A DNA stretch of 64,000 bases from the IMG/VR virus record IMGVR_UViG_3300020473_000016, one strand, 5' to 3'. Shown piece by piece: positions 47,301 to 60,600 of this stretch (position 1 is its first letter; every line of letters begins with the position of its first letter). This DNA is from a virus. A program made the position numbers and the translations under genes. Below the pieces are notes generated by a model that made no database searches, was not told the DNA's origin, and saw only the letters and a list, made by a program, of their open reading frames with translations.

Positions 47301-49102
47301 CAATTAGTATTTGGAGAGAATGTTGCGTTAATAGTTGCACCTGCTGGTGGATTACCTGGTGCATATGTAAAGACAGCAGGGTTTGTAGCAGGGTTAGATT
47401 GTACTCTTAATTTATGTCCTGTTACCATACCATGACCAGTGATAGTAATAGTATCATCTGTTGTATTAAATGCTGACTCGGTAAATGTTTTTGTAATCTT
47501 AGTACCAACACCTGCGACATTACCATAAGTTGAAGCAAGTGGATCAGTAATAATATAATCTACAATACCATGAGTATGGAATAATGGTACACCTCCAGCA
47601 GGTTGGAAGAAGTTTACACCACCAGTACCATTTTTATATCCAGTAGAGTGGTTATCCACAAAGTATCCAGCACCAGACATTGCTCCTGCCTGTGGTGCAT
47701 TTGATGTCATTATTGCATGTTCATGCTCTGGAGGAGCAGCAATCATTTTCTCTTGTAATGGTCCTACTGTCATTGTAACTTCACCAGTAAGACTAGCACT
47801 AACAAATTCAGTAACATTATCATAACCAGTTATAACAACATTACCTATGTCTATTAAATTTTCTTGTTCACTCTTACTAAAATACCATTTACCTCCTGTT
47901 GCACCAACAGCAGAAATTACAGTACCAGATACAGGAGATCCTCCACCTGATACACCTCCACCAGCACCAACTAATTTTCTTGTCTTATAATCTGGTACTT
48001 GAAATGTTACTGTTGATGCGGATCCAAAATCTTTTTTCTCATATGATCCACCAGTACCACCATAATTATTTTTAATTACTTCATATAACAGTGGATAGTC
48101 TGCTGCACCATATGTTGATCCATCACAATATAAGAATCCTGGATACTGATCCATTGGATTATCAGCAGTATTAGATGATACTGTTTGTATTCTTATCTTA
48201 CCATCACCATTTGATCCAGGTTGTAAAACTTTCATTGTATCACCTGGTGCATACCCATAACCTGCTTGTTTGATTGTAGTATAATCAATAGCACCAGTAC
48301 CTTGAGCAGCAACACCAACTCTTAAACCAAACCCTTGAGACGTAACTAAAACAATACTACCAGATGATCCTAAATTTGTAATGTTAAAGAAGTAACCAGA
48401 TGATATATCACCAGCACTTCTTGCTAATCTAAATGTATTTGCTCCTGTTACATCAACAATATATTCTTGACCTTCATCAATTAATACACCACCAGTACCA
48501 TTAGATGCTAGAGTTGCCGTTGCTTGAGCACCAGCTCCACCACCACCTGAAATAGTAACTGTTGGGAATTGATATCCTGTACCACCTTCAATCACATTAA
48601 TACCAGTAACAGCACCACCAGATGTAGCAACTTGGAAGTTACCAGCAGAAGTAGGACCACTTCCATTATCTCCTACTTGTACAGTTGGTGTTCCTACATA
48701 TCCAGAACCACCATTGGTAATAGTAAATGATGCTATAGATCCACCCAATGCTGCTTTGTTTGGTGCTTGTGCAGTACTCTTAACAATAACTTTATCACCA
48801 GTGCTTAATATACTACTAATAGCAGGATATGTTATAGTATCATTACTTACAGAGAATGTAGTAGCAGGGTTGACAGCAATTTCTACTGGTTCTGTTGCAA
48901 ATCCAGCTGGTGTCATTATATCTGTTGTGTAACCACTACCAGAGTTGATAGAATATTGTGCTATTGCTACAACAACACCATCATCAATAACTTTATCATC
49001 GTTTGCTTTAAACACAGGAATAACTGTGCCAATAGGCGTTGTAGATGACGTATAAGTCACCTTATCTGCGAGATAATTGGAACGAATATTTCTTATGCTC
49101 AT
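44315..49102 (-). CDS. Tail fibre with split collar domain, Gly-rich segment and putative receptor-binding modules
   Basis: PIGTVIPVF...YPGFLYCDGSTY....YPLLYEVI...FQVPD collar motif; long GGGGG tracts. Confidence 0.8.
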   Translation of the reverse strand: MSIRNIRSNYLADKVTYTSSTTPIGTVIPVFKANDDKVIDDGVVVAIAQYSINSGSGYTTDIMTPAGFATEPVEIAVNPATTFSVSNDTITYPAISSILSTGDKVIVKSTAQAPNKAALGGSIASFTITNGGSGYVGTPTVQVGDNGSGPTSAGNFQVATSGGAVTGINVIEGGTGYQFPTVTISGGGGAGAQATATLASNGTGGVLIDEGQEYIVDVTGANTFRLARSAGDISSGYFFNITNLGSSGSIVLVTSQGFGLRVGVAAQGTGAIDYTTIKQAGYGYAPGDTMKVLQPGSNGDGKIRIQTVSSNTADNPMDQYPGFLYCDGSTYGAADYPLLYEVIKNNYGGTGGSYEKKDFGSASTVTFQVPDYKTRKLVGAGGGVSGGGSPVSGTVISAVGATGGKWYFSKSEQENLIDIGNVVITGYDNVTEFVSASLTGEVTMTVGPLQEKMIAAPPEHEHAIMTSNAPQAGAMSGAGYFVDNHSTGYKNGTGGVNFFQPAGGVPLFHTHGIVDYIITDPLASTYGNVAGVGTKITKTFTESAFNTTDDTITITGHGMVTGHKLRVQSNPATNPAVFTYAPGNPPAGATINATFSPNTNWYVVKVDDNTVKIATSKWNALRNNTVDITTNGDAATIIVEVAYNAAGNFPSEPTTTITTPAPTVYDIDNNYVIGGKTITIPGTEFGDTEWFSEQNVGGSYTIPASTSSQEPVEYIVGRMTGSGGLGASTNISGVDGLDSYYQVTLNGYQYKVIAGGGKGGNDFDELLQTRDWVAIGSGQISAGAASVWSTFMLNNAIYITAPSGTSTDPYLEQWVEGGVAFEVPAGFPTSGVTIEFACDGQCELDWYRPDGSWQHGNATSSVNSGSTPWTGDKTWTVGQSNGATTFTPGWNQLKFRIKNLSSTQNDWDSNPCGIAFNAVRNDTGATIFNSRTTCTGGTTSKWNLLTGGTGGAGGTAKVEVYSGGSLVQTQNISVSDIGNAISLTGGLSINVNNYIEGNAGTAGGAGSTGGIGGATIFVNGAGGDGSRTLFTGSQNAISEWTTNTGGTSISYSIPSNYPVSQVNAELKGAGGGSGGTGDGGAGWYAGDGGDGKHVLASINAGAGQSLQIWVGEKGTSGSGRNPGTGGKGFSDGGNGGSGTGGGGGGGGGGSSAIGIGSGPLIGAGGGGGGGAAGDGTQLSSMNGQPNPNNDAFQLVAGCFAGSGGNGNNSVCTGGGGGGGGGGVGSGAGIGGGGGAGNGSNAVKPGFGASRGQSSLVSGQSIISEGDANNGGDVNIGQEIDGTDGYVKITTNQNTTEYGPGGGGGGSGCYFDFMLDNLSGTSVPSGTMYIGNGNQDGDGRIGYGVLTSSNPTTGTSQTVGLFDRSSDGCDYVDSGTGSGSNGGFVSPDTQKYLRFRGTPQERWARTITYNASSSNTAGTVTESVRFEVIRGNDSNGGESPTAPLELFGSNDGGGSYVKFGTISTSGGATTWENVDVAIPTTYRVSNLIMEVRQSRSASGNENLDNYGIAKVSMIHAEGEVTTYTTQSGRLDLGIESIQEVIAPQGDPVNSAGITVNDGKFTLSSAVKLNVTPSLQPEVDIPLVTRYHLVKYMIRAY

Positions 49103-50472
49103 TATACTTTAATTAGATAATCGACCATAGTAAAGGGAGCGATCAAACCATCCATTTTTCTGGTTTGATCTGGAGTAATCTGAATTGTAGATGACATACC
49201 ATCTGTACTAATAAAGAACTCATCAGTAACCAAATCATAATTGGTAGTACCTGTTGTGTATGTTATAGTATGATTATGTTCTGTTGGATCAGATTCATAT
49301 CCCAAAGCATTAGTAACTTCAACAATGTTAGAAACCTGTGGATATACAGTACCAGCAACACCACCATCAACTACAGTATCGTATGGTAATACGTTTGCTG
49401 TAGATGCAGTATGTGAATAACCATTGTCACCTGTTTGTGGAATGTCATCATCATCCACACCAGCAGCACCAGTTATATAATTTGGTTGAATAGCAAGATC
49501 CGTAGAAGTACATCCCATAGATCTTTGACCTACAGGCCATGGTGCTGTAAAATAACATGAATTAGGAGTAGTATCAACTAATAATGGAATAATGCTAGGG
49601 TTTTGTCCAGCAATATTATCACCAGATTGTGTTGTTGCTTGGTTAGAAGGAACTAAACAGAATTGATCAAAATTAATACAAGCATTCTTACAAACACCAT
49701 AGTACTGGAAACTAGCAACAGTTCCTCCTGGAACATAATTTCCTGGAGTAAATTTAACTGATTCACCATATAATCTACAAGCTGGTTGTGCTTCCTGGTT
49801 TCCACCAGGTCCATCAACCATTGTATGATAATACCATTCATGAACACCTATTGTAGAAGCGTTCTTATAATAATTTAATTCAAACATATCATTACCAGCT
49901 CTTCTCTTAATCCTACATCTCCTAGTGGTGGTATAGTGAGCATGTGGTTGGAATGCATTGATAGCAACCACTTCATCATCAGTATATCTTGGTCTGGTAA
50001 ATGAAACTTGTCCTCTTAATGAGTTTGTTTGTGGTGGTACTCTAAACTGTCCTGTCAAATCTATCTCAGCAGTTGTTCCCACGTTGCTTGAGACTTGAAT
50101 ACCAACACCAGATTTATCTATTGTTTGTCCACCAGCATTAGTTACTTCTCTATCATTAATTACACCTTGATCGGATCCACTAGATCCTCTAATAAATTTT
50201 GATCTTAAATCTGGTACTTGGAATTGACTTGTTGAAAGGGTTTGATCTGGTTGTTTAAAGACACATGAATCTCCTAGTCCTAGAATTTCAGCAAGAGCAG
50301 GATATTGTGTTTCATTGTATATACTACCATCACATCTCAAATAACCAGCAGGTAATAATGTAGCACTTAAACCTGCTATTGGATCATTAACATCTAGTTC
50401 TCTACTAAATGCTATGATAGAACCTGTAGTAGTTCCTAATTTGTTTCTTTCTTCGGATAAAAATGCTGCCAT
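49102..50472 (-). CDS. Tail collar-domain (short fibre-like) protein
   Basis: GSIIAF...AGYLRCDGSIY....YPALAEILG...FQVPDLRSKFIRG. Confidence 0.85.
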   Translation of the reverse strand: MAAFLSEERNKLGTTTGSIIAFSRELDVNDPIAGLSATLLPAGYLRCDGSIYNETQYPALAEILGLGDSCVFKQPDQTLSTSQFQVPDLRSKFIRGSSGSDQGVINDREVTNAGGQTIDKSGVGIQVSSNVGTTAEIDLTGQFRVPPQTNSLRGQVSFTRPRYTDDEVVAINAFQPHAHYTTTRRCRIKRRAGNDMFELNYYKNASTIGVHEWYYHTMVDGPGGNQEAQPACRLYGESVKFTPGNYVPGGTVASFQYYGVCKNACINFDQFCLVPSNQATTQSGDNIAGQNPSIIPLLVDTTPNSCYFTAPWPVGQRSMGCTSTDLAIQPNYITGAAGVDDDDIPQTGDNGYSHTASTANVLPYDTVVDGGVAGTVYPQVSNIVEVTNALGYESDPTEHNHTITYTTGTTNYDLVTDEFFISTDGMSSTIQITPDQTRKMDGLIAPFTMVDYLIKV

Positions 50473-51674
50473 TAGAATGCCCTTATTATCATTATGACCG
50501 TTTGAGATGGTGTGTTGTTATCCATTACTATATTTAACGCACTATCAATGTTAGATACATTAACAGTATAAGATTGTACATTATTAATAGCAATATTTGA
50601 AGGTGGTCTCAGTCCAGCAGCAGTCATAGAAATATCAAATGAAAAATGATTATGCGGAGCAAGAGTTCCTTCTGTAAAATCTTCACCTGAATGACTTATA
50701 TTTGTTGGGTATGTAGTAGTCTGATCACCATTCAAATAGTTTACTCTACCCATAATATTTGTTGGTGGTGGAAAGACACCAGTGTGTCCAACCATTGAGT
50801 GTCCATAATTATAAGTGTCACTAAACTCAGGTGTATTACCACCTCCTTGTGGTAGAGTTCTTACTAAACCAGTTTCAGGTACAAGAGTCTTTGTTGCAGG
50901 GTCAAAAGTTAATGTTTGATCTGTTACAGGAAGAGTATTCTCATCATAATATGTGACAGATCCAGTACCATTAGCCCATCTATCAGGACTATCACCAGTA
51001 GCACCACTACCAGTTAAGTTAGCAGATTCATAATCAGGTGAACCACTTACTTGATATGCAGATGTTTCAAATACCTGTACATATTTACCCTCAGTTTGAG
51101 CAGTTGTATATTGACCTGGATGTCTATGAGCAGGTGTATGATCTATACCTAATTTTCTACCAATAACATAATATGTTTTAGACCATGTAGGATCATTAAG
51201 AGTAAACTCAGTGATTCTACCTGCCATGTTATTAAGAACTGCCATATTAAATGTTATGTCAGTATCAGCACTGTAGATAGCAGGTGGTGTTACAGCAGTA
51301 CCATCACCATCTATTAAATCACCAACAACATTATTTGCGTCAGGTTGACCATACTGATACTTACCTTCCAATAACATAGACCTTTCAACGTCTACCATTG
51401 CCCTACCATTTAAGTCAGGGACACGAAAAATATCAGAAGCTTCATAATCTGGAAACTGACCTTTAATTCCAGTATCACTAGGACCATAGGTATTACCTAT
51501 CATAGATGCTAGTAATGGATAATCCTCAGCAGGATGTGTGTTTCCATCACATAGTATCCACCCATGTGGTACATTAGGGGGATTAGAACCCCTAAGCGTT
51601 GAATTACCTCCCCATGGCATTATAGTGCCAATGGGGGCGTTCTTCATTGTTTTGACTCTGTTGTAAAATGCCAT
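50472..51674 (-). CDS. Tail collar-domain (short fibre-like) protein
   Basis: PIGTIMPWGG...GWILCDG....YPLLASMIG...FRVPDLNGR; start moved to MAFYNRVK (TAATG coupling). Confidence 0.85.
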   Translation of the reverse strand: MAFYNRVKTMKNAPIGTIMPWGGNSTLRGSNPPNVPHGWILCDGNTHPAEDYPLLASMIGNTYGPSDTGIKGQFPDYEASDIFRVPDLNGRAMVDVERSMLLEGKYQYGQPDANNVVGDLIDGDGTAVTPPAIYSADTDITFNMAVLNNMAGRITEFTLNDPTWSKTYYVIGRKLGIDHTPAHRHPGQYTTAQTEGKYVQVFETSAYQVSGSPDYESANLTGSGATGDSPDRWANGTGSVTYYDENTLPVTDQTLTFDPATKTLVPETGLVRTLPQGGGNTPEFSDTYNYGHSMVGHTGVFPPPTNIMGRVNYLNGDQTTTYPTNISHSGEDFTEGTLAPHNHFSFDISMTAAGLRPPSNIAINNVQSYTVNVSNIDSALNIVMDNNTPSQTVIMIIRAF

Positions 51675-54600
51675 TATAGTTCTGTTAACCACCAACCTTG
51701 ATATGCAGCAGGAATAAAGTTATTTCCGTCTGACGAACCTACGAATATTAATCCGAAGGAAGCATTCTTATTCTGGATCACGAGTTCACCTGATCCATAT
51801 GGTGTGGACAATCCACCCAACTTAGTACCCTCAGTATCACCTTGAATTGCAACTGGTTCTCCATTTACGATTGGAGCACGTACAACTAGAGAGTTGTTAT
51901 AAGTTAGTGAACCACCAACCTCAGTAAATCTAATGATGTCTCCTGTTTCAGGAGTAGATGGTAATGTTAATACCAATGCACCTGTAGAAGGAGCAACAGC
52001 AACAATATAATTTACATTACTTGTAATGTTAGCATTGCTGTTAACGAATGTAGACTTATGTCCACCATTCTTATTCTTCCAACCAGTGTAACCAAAGGCA
52101 TCAATAGAACAATCTTGATTGATTGTATAACCCTTAGTACCACCATCACCTAATTGTCTTACTGTTAGTATTTGCTGTGTACTTGAAGCAGTTGTAGCAG
52201 GAATACCAGCAACATCTAGTAAGCGACCAACATATGTATCACCATATTCAGGTTCAACACGGAATGTTGGATTAAATGTTTTATTAGTAAACTGAATTGC
52301 ATCAGGATCCTCAACACACTTACTTGGGAATACTCTTAGGAATCCACTTATGTCTGTAGCAGCATTAACAACTAACTTACCAGCTTCAAAGTGATGTTCA
52401 TCGTTATTCTGTATTGTTAAGATAGGTACGTTATTATCAGTACCCATGATGTCAAAGGAAGATCCAATGAACTTAACATCATCATATACTGTTAGACGAC
52501 CATGATGGAAGTTCTTCTTAACCATCTGGATACCACCATCAGTTGTGGCAGTATTGGTTACTTCAAAGATCTCATCACCTATCAATAATGCATAGAAACG
52601 ATCTAAGAAGAATGGAACTACATCAGAGTTCTTGACATTAACAGCGACAACTGAAGTTCCTGTACTTGGAATTGCATCCTCTAATACAGTTGTTTCTCTG
52701 GTAAGAACTCTCCATACAGTTTCACCATCAGAGTGTGTCTTAGCAGCACCAGGCCAGTTAGCAACGTTGTTAACACGAGTTACAGGTAAGTAACCAGCAG
52801 TACCAGATGTTACAACTGGAGTACCAGACACCTGCATGAATTCTTCATTACCACCAGATCCATAACCAACTAAGATAAAGTCATTGATAGCAAAATCTGT
52901 GACGTTATCAACTGTTAGTTGTGTTGCTGTTGTGCTTATTGGAGTTACAGTATCAACGAATGTTGTTGCAATTCCGTTATCAACTTTAGGATCCTTAAGT
53001 ACTGTGTAAACTGTAGCACCTTTAGCATGTGCAGCAGCAGTTGTACCCCACTTAGATCTTACAGTATAGATTGTACCACTTGGATTACCAAGTACAGTAT
53101 CACCACTGCAAGCATCAATACTAAAGACATCACGTACACGGTCAGTTATACTAAACTTCTCGTTAACAGATGCTCTGAGTGTTGCACCAGTAGCAGTACC
53201 AGCACCACCAAACGCTACGTTAAGTGTAACAGTACTACCAACAATACTTACGATCTGAGGATCAGTTTGTCTTGTTTGACCACCAGTAGTTACAAACTGG
53301 TTCTGTTCTAATGTTACAGCACCACCGTTACTACTCAACTCTACATAATCACCAACTTCAAGTCCTTGTGTGTTAGTGACGTTGGTAATAGTTGTAAGAT
53401 TTGCTTGAATATCACCAACAATGAATCCATCACCATTAGCAGTTTCTTTCCATGCAGTCTTACATCCACCAATGAAGTTCAATGAACCGTTAACAGTTAA
53501 CTTACCATTCTCTCCATCAACACCATCATTACCAACTATTACATTACCAGTTACAGTATCAACCTCGAACAATACGTTACCAGGACATCCATCAAGAACT
53601 TGGAAGTTCTTATTGTTCTGTGTAAGAGGTGTTGCAAGTTTGAATACTTCACCTTGATCAAAGATTCCGTTACCGTTAGTATCTTCACGATCAATAATAA
53701 CGTAATCTCTCTGTGTTTGTAATGTTCCACCGAATGATGCTAGGTAGATATTTTCCTGAACACCAGATGCATCAATTGCTTGCTCTGTCCAAGTACCATC
53801 AAATGCAATATTACACTTGTAGATTGGAGTCTTAGTAGTTAAAGTATCAGGATGATTAGTCTTAATTGCTGTGTAAGTACCAAGTGGTTGTCTCTGAACT
53901 GTTACGATATAAGGAGCAGAAGTTGCACCAGCTAATCCACCAGGTATAATCCTTACAATTTCAGGATGTGTTCCTGCATTAACATCTAATGGTGCGTCAA
54001 GGATCATATAATCCCCTTCAGCAAAGTAACTACCAGGATCAACTTCAAGTGGTAAGTAATACTGATCTCCACTTAGAGCAGGTAGATCTGTACCGCCAGG
54101 TCCCTCTCCAACTCTAAGTGCTTGCCATGTAGTTCCACCCCATTGTCCTGCACCAGTAGTATCAAGACGGTTCCAACCAGATTGTGATTGAGTTAACTCT
54201 AGTACGTTAATAATATCAACGTTCTTATTGTAGTTACCTACACCTAAGATACCGCTTGCGTGAGCAAATGCAGTAGATCCTAATGCTGCTCTATTACCAA
54301 TGAAGGAGAATGCAGCAGTACCACCACATAGTTTGACACTACCGTTAAGTGTTGTCTCACCATCAACTTCAAAGTTGTTTCTAACTGTAGTTGATCCACC
54401 TTGACCAGCAATATTAATTTCAGAAGCATTTAAACCAAAATCAATAGTCTGTGTGTTACCTGAGAAGAATGAAACAATACCTGCTTCAGTGTTAAGAGTT
54501 ACGGTCTGTTCTGGTTGTGTTCTATCACCACCAAGTATCTTGTCTGCACCAAATGTTGCGTCACCTGCGTAGGATACCTTTCTATTTCCAAACTTAACAT

Positions 54601-57600
54601 AGGATAGTGATTCGTTGTTACCGTATGCACCACCAATTTCAATCTTAGAAATGTTAGTTGCGGTATCAGCAATAGCACCAAAGAAGATGTTACTGTCAAC
54701 AGAAGCACTACCAATCTTGATAGTTTGTTGTCCTGTTACTGAATCACCAATGTCGATTGTCTGAGCTGCTGTTGTAGTATCACCAAGTGTTAATGCAGTT
54801 GCATCACCAGCAATATTAACTGTGGTTGCAGTAGTATTAACAACATTGAATGTTGTAGAAGCAGTAGTAAGATCTCCACCATCAATCTGAACATCTAGAT
54901 CAAATAGAGCATTACCAGTGAAATTAGAGGTTCCATTAACATATAAACCATAAGTAGATAGATTTGTATCTGTTGCATTGATACCAACCTGTCCAGTACC
55001 TACAGTATTAGAGGTCTTAACCCTTAATGTTGCTTGATTAAGAGGATTATCTGCATCACCACCAACTAGGAATGCATCAGCACGACCAGCCTTAGTACGA
55101 CTAGCAAACTCTGGCTCAGTTAAGAAGTCTGTAGTTGTTGTACCACTAATGAATGCACTACCAACAACATCTAAGTTTGCTCTAGGATTAGTATATGTAT
55201 CAACAAATCCAGTCGCATGAGAATCATGTGATGCTCTTGTGACAGTGTTAATACCGACTCTATAATCACCTATAGAACCAGCACCAGATGCTAGAGTGTT
55301 TCTAACAAGAGTTCTGATTGCATCAGCACCAACAACACCTAGTTCCTTAAATTCAGAAGTAGATACATATAATTTCGCTGAAGCATTTTGAGAAATAATT
55401 GTTGTCCAACTTATAACAGCCTGTGCCTGTGCAGTAGTTACTTGGAAGTGAACATAGTTATTTGCAGGGTCAAATGCATCTCCAGAAGGTGAGTAAACAG
55501 GCCAACCTTGAGGGATGTTTATTAATGAAACTGGGTAGTTAGTGAATCTAATTCTAGAAGCACTTGTAATACCAAGTGAAGAGTTAGATAACTGAACACC
55601 ACTTGCTTCAAATGTTAATTTAACTACGTTACTACCATCAAATGTTATTGTGAATATATTTGATCCTGCAATTTCACTGAAGTAGTTGGCATATATCCAA
55701 CCAAGTGATCCAGATTCTCCAACCTCATCACCCTTAAGTAGAATGTCACCAGACGTAGGCTGAACACCACCGTAAGAAATATCCTGATTAGAATTAATTC
55801 TAGTACCACCAGCATTAACCATGCTTGTCTGGTTAGGTGTCATATTTGTTGGAGCACCAGCAGAAGTGGTGTGGGTCTGAATCATATAATTCTGACCATC
55901 ACCTCTGGCGTTAAATCCAAATACAGCAGCATCTACTCTGTTCTTACTGATACGAATATCTCCTTTCGTAGCAGGAGTGAAGCTAGTTCTATCAAGACCT
56001 TCATCCTGTTCTAATAGAGTAACAGGATCAGTAGGACTTACATTAGAACGTATAATAAGTACGTCTCTATTCTGTATTAGATCATTATCTTGAACACTGA
56101 TTAATACAGGAGATTCAAATGTATTAACAAGACTTCCATTACCACCAACAACTGTTATATTCTGGTTGAATGTTACAGCAGTATCAAATGTGGTTACTAG
56201 ACCTCCTACTACGTCATCCTTATCTCCATCATCTTGTAGTGTAGCAGCGTCAAGGAAGGTCTCTTCGCCTGTGATAGCGTTGATCTTCTTGTTACCTATG
56301 TAAAGGTCTCCATTGGAGTTTAGACCTGTATAGAAGACTATACCACCATCTTGCTTCTTAGACTGAGCATAGAAGTCTTCAGTTGGTGTTAGTACAACTT
56401 CCTGTCTGATTGGAAGACCAGTTGAATAGTTACCTGGTCCGAAACCAAGATATTCAAACGTATGGTTACCTGCACGAGCAATAGATGGTCTACGGAATTC
56501 AACGTAGAACTTATCATCTGTCATTACTGTGCTTGTACCAGCAATAGGAATACGACGGTCTTCAGAACCAGATGTAGCATTACCACTCTGTGCCTGAACT
56601 GAGTAAGTATTCTCTATAAATGCTGATTGTCTAACTAGATCCTCAACACCTTCTCTTGTAGTAGAGTTCTTATAGTCGTTAACTGTAACTAAACCATGAG
56701 TATAGTTATCAGCAGCAGAATATGCTTGAGGTGGATCAACTAATCCAGCAAATACGTTTTTCTCTTCTGCTGTTGTACCAGACTTCTGGAACCAAAGAGG
56801 ATCGTTTCTGTAGTTTAGAGGATATAGTTTGCTAACTGGCTGGGAGAACTTGAAGCTCTTGAAGTTATTAACAACACCAGGTCCAGTTGGGAATGGAGAA
56901 ATGTTACCACGTAAGCAAGTTAGATAGTAAATACCTTCTTGCTGTCCGAAGATACGTTTCTGTAATGTCTCTACGTTAAAGATATAGAATGTATCTTCAA
57001 TGATACCTACATCATTTACACTATCAACGTAGTATTCAATACCAGCATCGTCAGTAATACGATCACCTGGTGTTATGGTGTAGACATTAGCACCATTTTG
57101 TCTGTAGTAGTACTCAGGATATCCCTTAGAGATAAGTCTCTTAAGTGGTAGTGACTTACCAAAGTCTTGATCCTCTACCATCTCAGCAAATACATTACCT
57201 TGTGTAAATCTTGTATTTGCAAAATCACTATACTCTAATTTTCCACCGCGGATATTTTTTAGGATTAGGTAGTGTGAACTTCCAACATTGTAATAAGCAT
57301 GTATATTAGCAAGACCAGAAGAATAACCAGTCCAACTAATTTCATTGGTGCTACTATTCTGTGTCTTATTCGCTACGAATGATCCACCTTGAGGAGCATC
57401 AATTCTAACAGTAGTGAAGATCTCATTCTTAAGACCAGGATAGTTAACAACATCAACTGCATGGTCAAAGACATTAAGTTCTAAGTACTTGATATTAGGA
57501 TCTAATGGATCTTCTACATAACGACCACTTTGAATAGTGGCTGTAATACCACTCGTAGTCTTAACAAATGCTCTATACTCAACACCAGCGTTAGTTAGAT

Positions 57601-60600
57601 CCTTCTTATATGGATCATACTTAGCAGGTACACTAAGTGAATTACTTGCGAAGTCTGCTTCAGTGTATCCAATGTACTCATTCTGTTGTCTTGGGTTCTT
57701 GAATCTAGCACCGTATACTGATCCAGTTACAGGCTTAAGTACAATCTTCTGAGGTATTAACTTACGAGTATCGTCAGTTCTTCCCTTGATAACGAATCCA
57801 TTGATAGGATCTCTTGCGTTCTCAATATCTTTTGGAATAACATAACGTAACTTGTATGTTCTTTCATTTGCTTCACGCTGATCTTTAAGACGCTCATACC
57901 ACATATCAGTAGTACGAGGAGTAGATGACATATCTGTCTGTTTGATTCTCCAGATGATATTGTCATAGAAAACAGATGAAGGTTGACCAGTAACATCATC
58001 CTTAACTTTGATGTACCACTTACCTGAAGTAGTAACAGCATCAGTAAAGGTTGGATCAAATGCCATTGGTGATCTACGCTTGTTAGCATAGGTTGTAAAC
58101 TTAATACCAGTTTGACCAGGATCAAATGTAATTCTTACATCATTCAGTGCATCTGCCTTGCTTAGGTGGATGGTGAATACTCTATCATTTTGATAGCGAA
58201 CATAGAATGATACGTTAGGGTTAAGTCTACCGAAATCTGGGCTGGAACTATTTGTTACAGCAACATTAGGATTATTTGCAAATGATGTAGATACTAATGG
58301 TAGTTGTGATCCTTCTTCAGGTCTAAAGAATACTTGTTGAGCATCAGTAGAAGTAGATGGTTTGTCAACGATGTTTGGTATCTCTGTCTCAAATCCACCG
58401 TTACCAGAGAATGCAGAGGTTGTTGCTAAGTTAGTTCTATATGAATGTAGATCATATGAATCATCTAATACAAACTGATAGATATCAATCTCTACATCAG
58501 GATCAACAGAAGTTGTTTCAGATGCATAGATGTAGATACCAGCAGCAGCATTCTCTCTAGATGTTGCAAGCATCAACTTAGTTTGGTCACTACCATCGAA
58601 GTAGGTTCCACCACTATAATCAATAGGTGATGTAGTTCTACCTGGAGAAATTACATAGTATGTTCTGTTAGTTTCAAATCCATTAGGTAGTCTAACAACA
58701 CGCTTATCAACATCAACATATTTCTTAGTTACAGTATCAAAACGAGGACGTGGAACCAACCTTACTGGTGTTCCTGTCTCGAAGTTATGTGCGTTAGATG
58801 ATCCAGTACCAGTTGTATCAATAGTGAATACTGTTGCTCTGGAAGCAAGTAATGATGTGTTAACTGTCTGCTCTTGACGAGTAACTGATCCAAGACCACT
58901 ACTAATGATAGTAGTAATGTTACCAATTAATGTGTTAATAGCAGCAGCAGTTGCAGCACACTCAGCGTTGCTAGAGTTAGTTGTTGAGTCTCTAGTAATA
59001 TCTCTGTCAGCATCAGTAACAGGTCCGATTACTTTAGTATCAGGTAATGTATCAGCCCATGCACCCTCACTATATGTGAAGTATAGATTGATTGAACTGC
59101 TACTTAGGATAGCATTAACAGTATTTCCTGTTACTAACTTAGATCCTTTAACACCCAATTCAATCTGAGTGTTGCTAACAATTCTCTTAACGTATGTTCC
59201 TTCAGGAATGGTTGTGTATATTGGTGTAACACCAGAAGACTTAAGTACACCTTGCTCATAAGGTGATACTCCAGACTCATCATATTCAACAACACTCATA
59301 CCGATAACCATACCGCTTGAGTCATTAACATCGACTATGGCAGATCCAGCAGTAGTTGTACAGTTGAATGCCAAGAAGTCAAAGTTCCTCATAGCTGCGG
59401 TACACATGTTACCGACATAGTTCCAAGCATCAATAGTCTCAGATGCTTGACCATCAACGAAGTCTAATTGAGCATTAACAAAGTATGCTTCACCAGCCTG
59501 TACACTGTTGATGTTACCACCAAGACGTAAGTCATTGACAACAGCATCTACGATGTAAGCAACGTCTCTGAAGCACTTAGAAGACTCATTGTTAATAGTA
59601 AAGTCACCCTTGTTAATTGTTGGTAGTCCATTAAGATTACCAGCAGTAATAGAATCTACAAGGATATCGAATAATGTTTCAATAGTATTTCTTACGTTAG
59701 CACAATCCCACTCACCATTGCTTACGCTAGGTAGATCATTAAGATTGCCAGCAAGTAAACTATCAGTAAAGACACCAATTAAAGTATCAACTGTAGAAAG
59801 AACCTCAGCACAATTACCTTGAGTATATGTGGTTGGTTGTGTTGGTTCTGTTCTTGTAATGCTGTTAAGGTTACCAACAGCAGCATCAGTACCTACACCC
59901 TGAATAATAATATCCATCAAGGTGTCTGTTGCTGATACCATAGAAGCACATGTAGGTGCATCAAATAGGTTGATCAATGTTAGATCTTTAACCTGTTGGT
60001 TAGTAGCATCAGGAGTCCAGTTGGTAGGTGTAACTGTTACGTTCTGAATTACATCTTCTACAACTGCTTTTACTTTCTTATAAACTTCAGCAACTTCTGT
60101 ACGCTCACTCTGTGGCATAAGAAGTGGAACACCATTGAAGTTATTAGTTACGAAACCATTACCTATATCATAGATCTTATGGTTACCACCATACTTCATG
60201 TTGTATGCTAAGTCTCTAACAACGTCATAAACGTCATCAAGACAATCTTGCTCTGTGTATCCAGCAGCAGGAGTATAAGAAGGATGAACTACCTTCATCT
60301 GTTCGTATGCTTCCTTAGCAATGAACTTAGAGTTAGCAAGAAGTAATACAGATACATCAGCATTAGCATCAGATACTATTGGTGGTTCACCAGTAGTGTC
60401 AGTAGTAATACTTGTATCTTTCTGTGATAGTTGGTTATTAATTGCAAGATTGATTTGATCTTGAATCTTATTCAAACCAACAACTGTTTGGTTAACCTCT
60501 CCTTGTACACCATTGCTTAGTAGTGCATTACCAGAGAAGTATGTCTTAAGATAAGAGATAGTGTACTCGTTACCACCGAACCAAAGATCTTGTGCTATAG

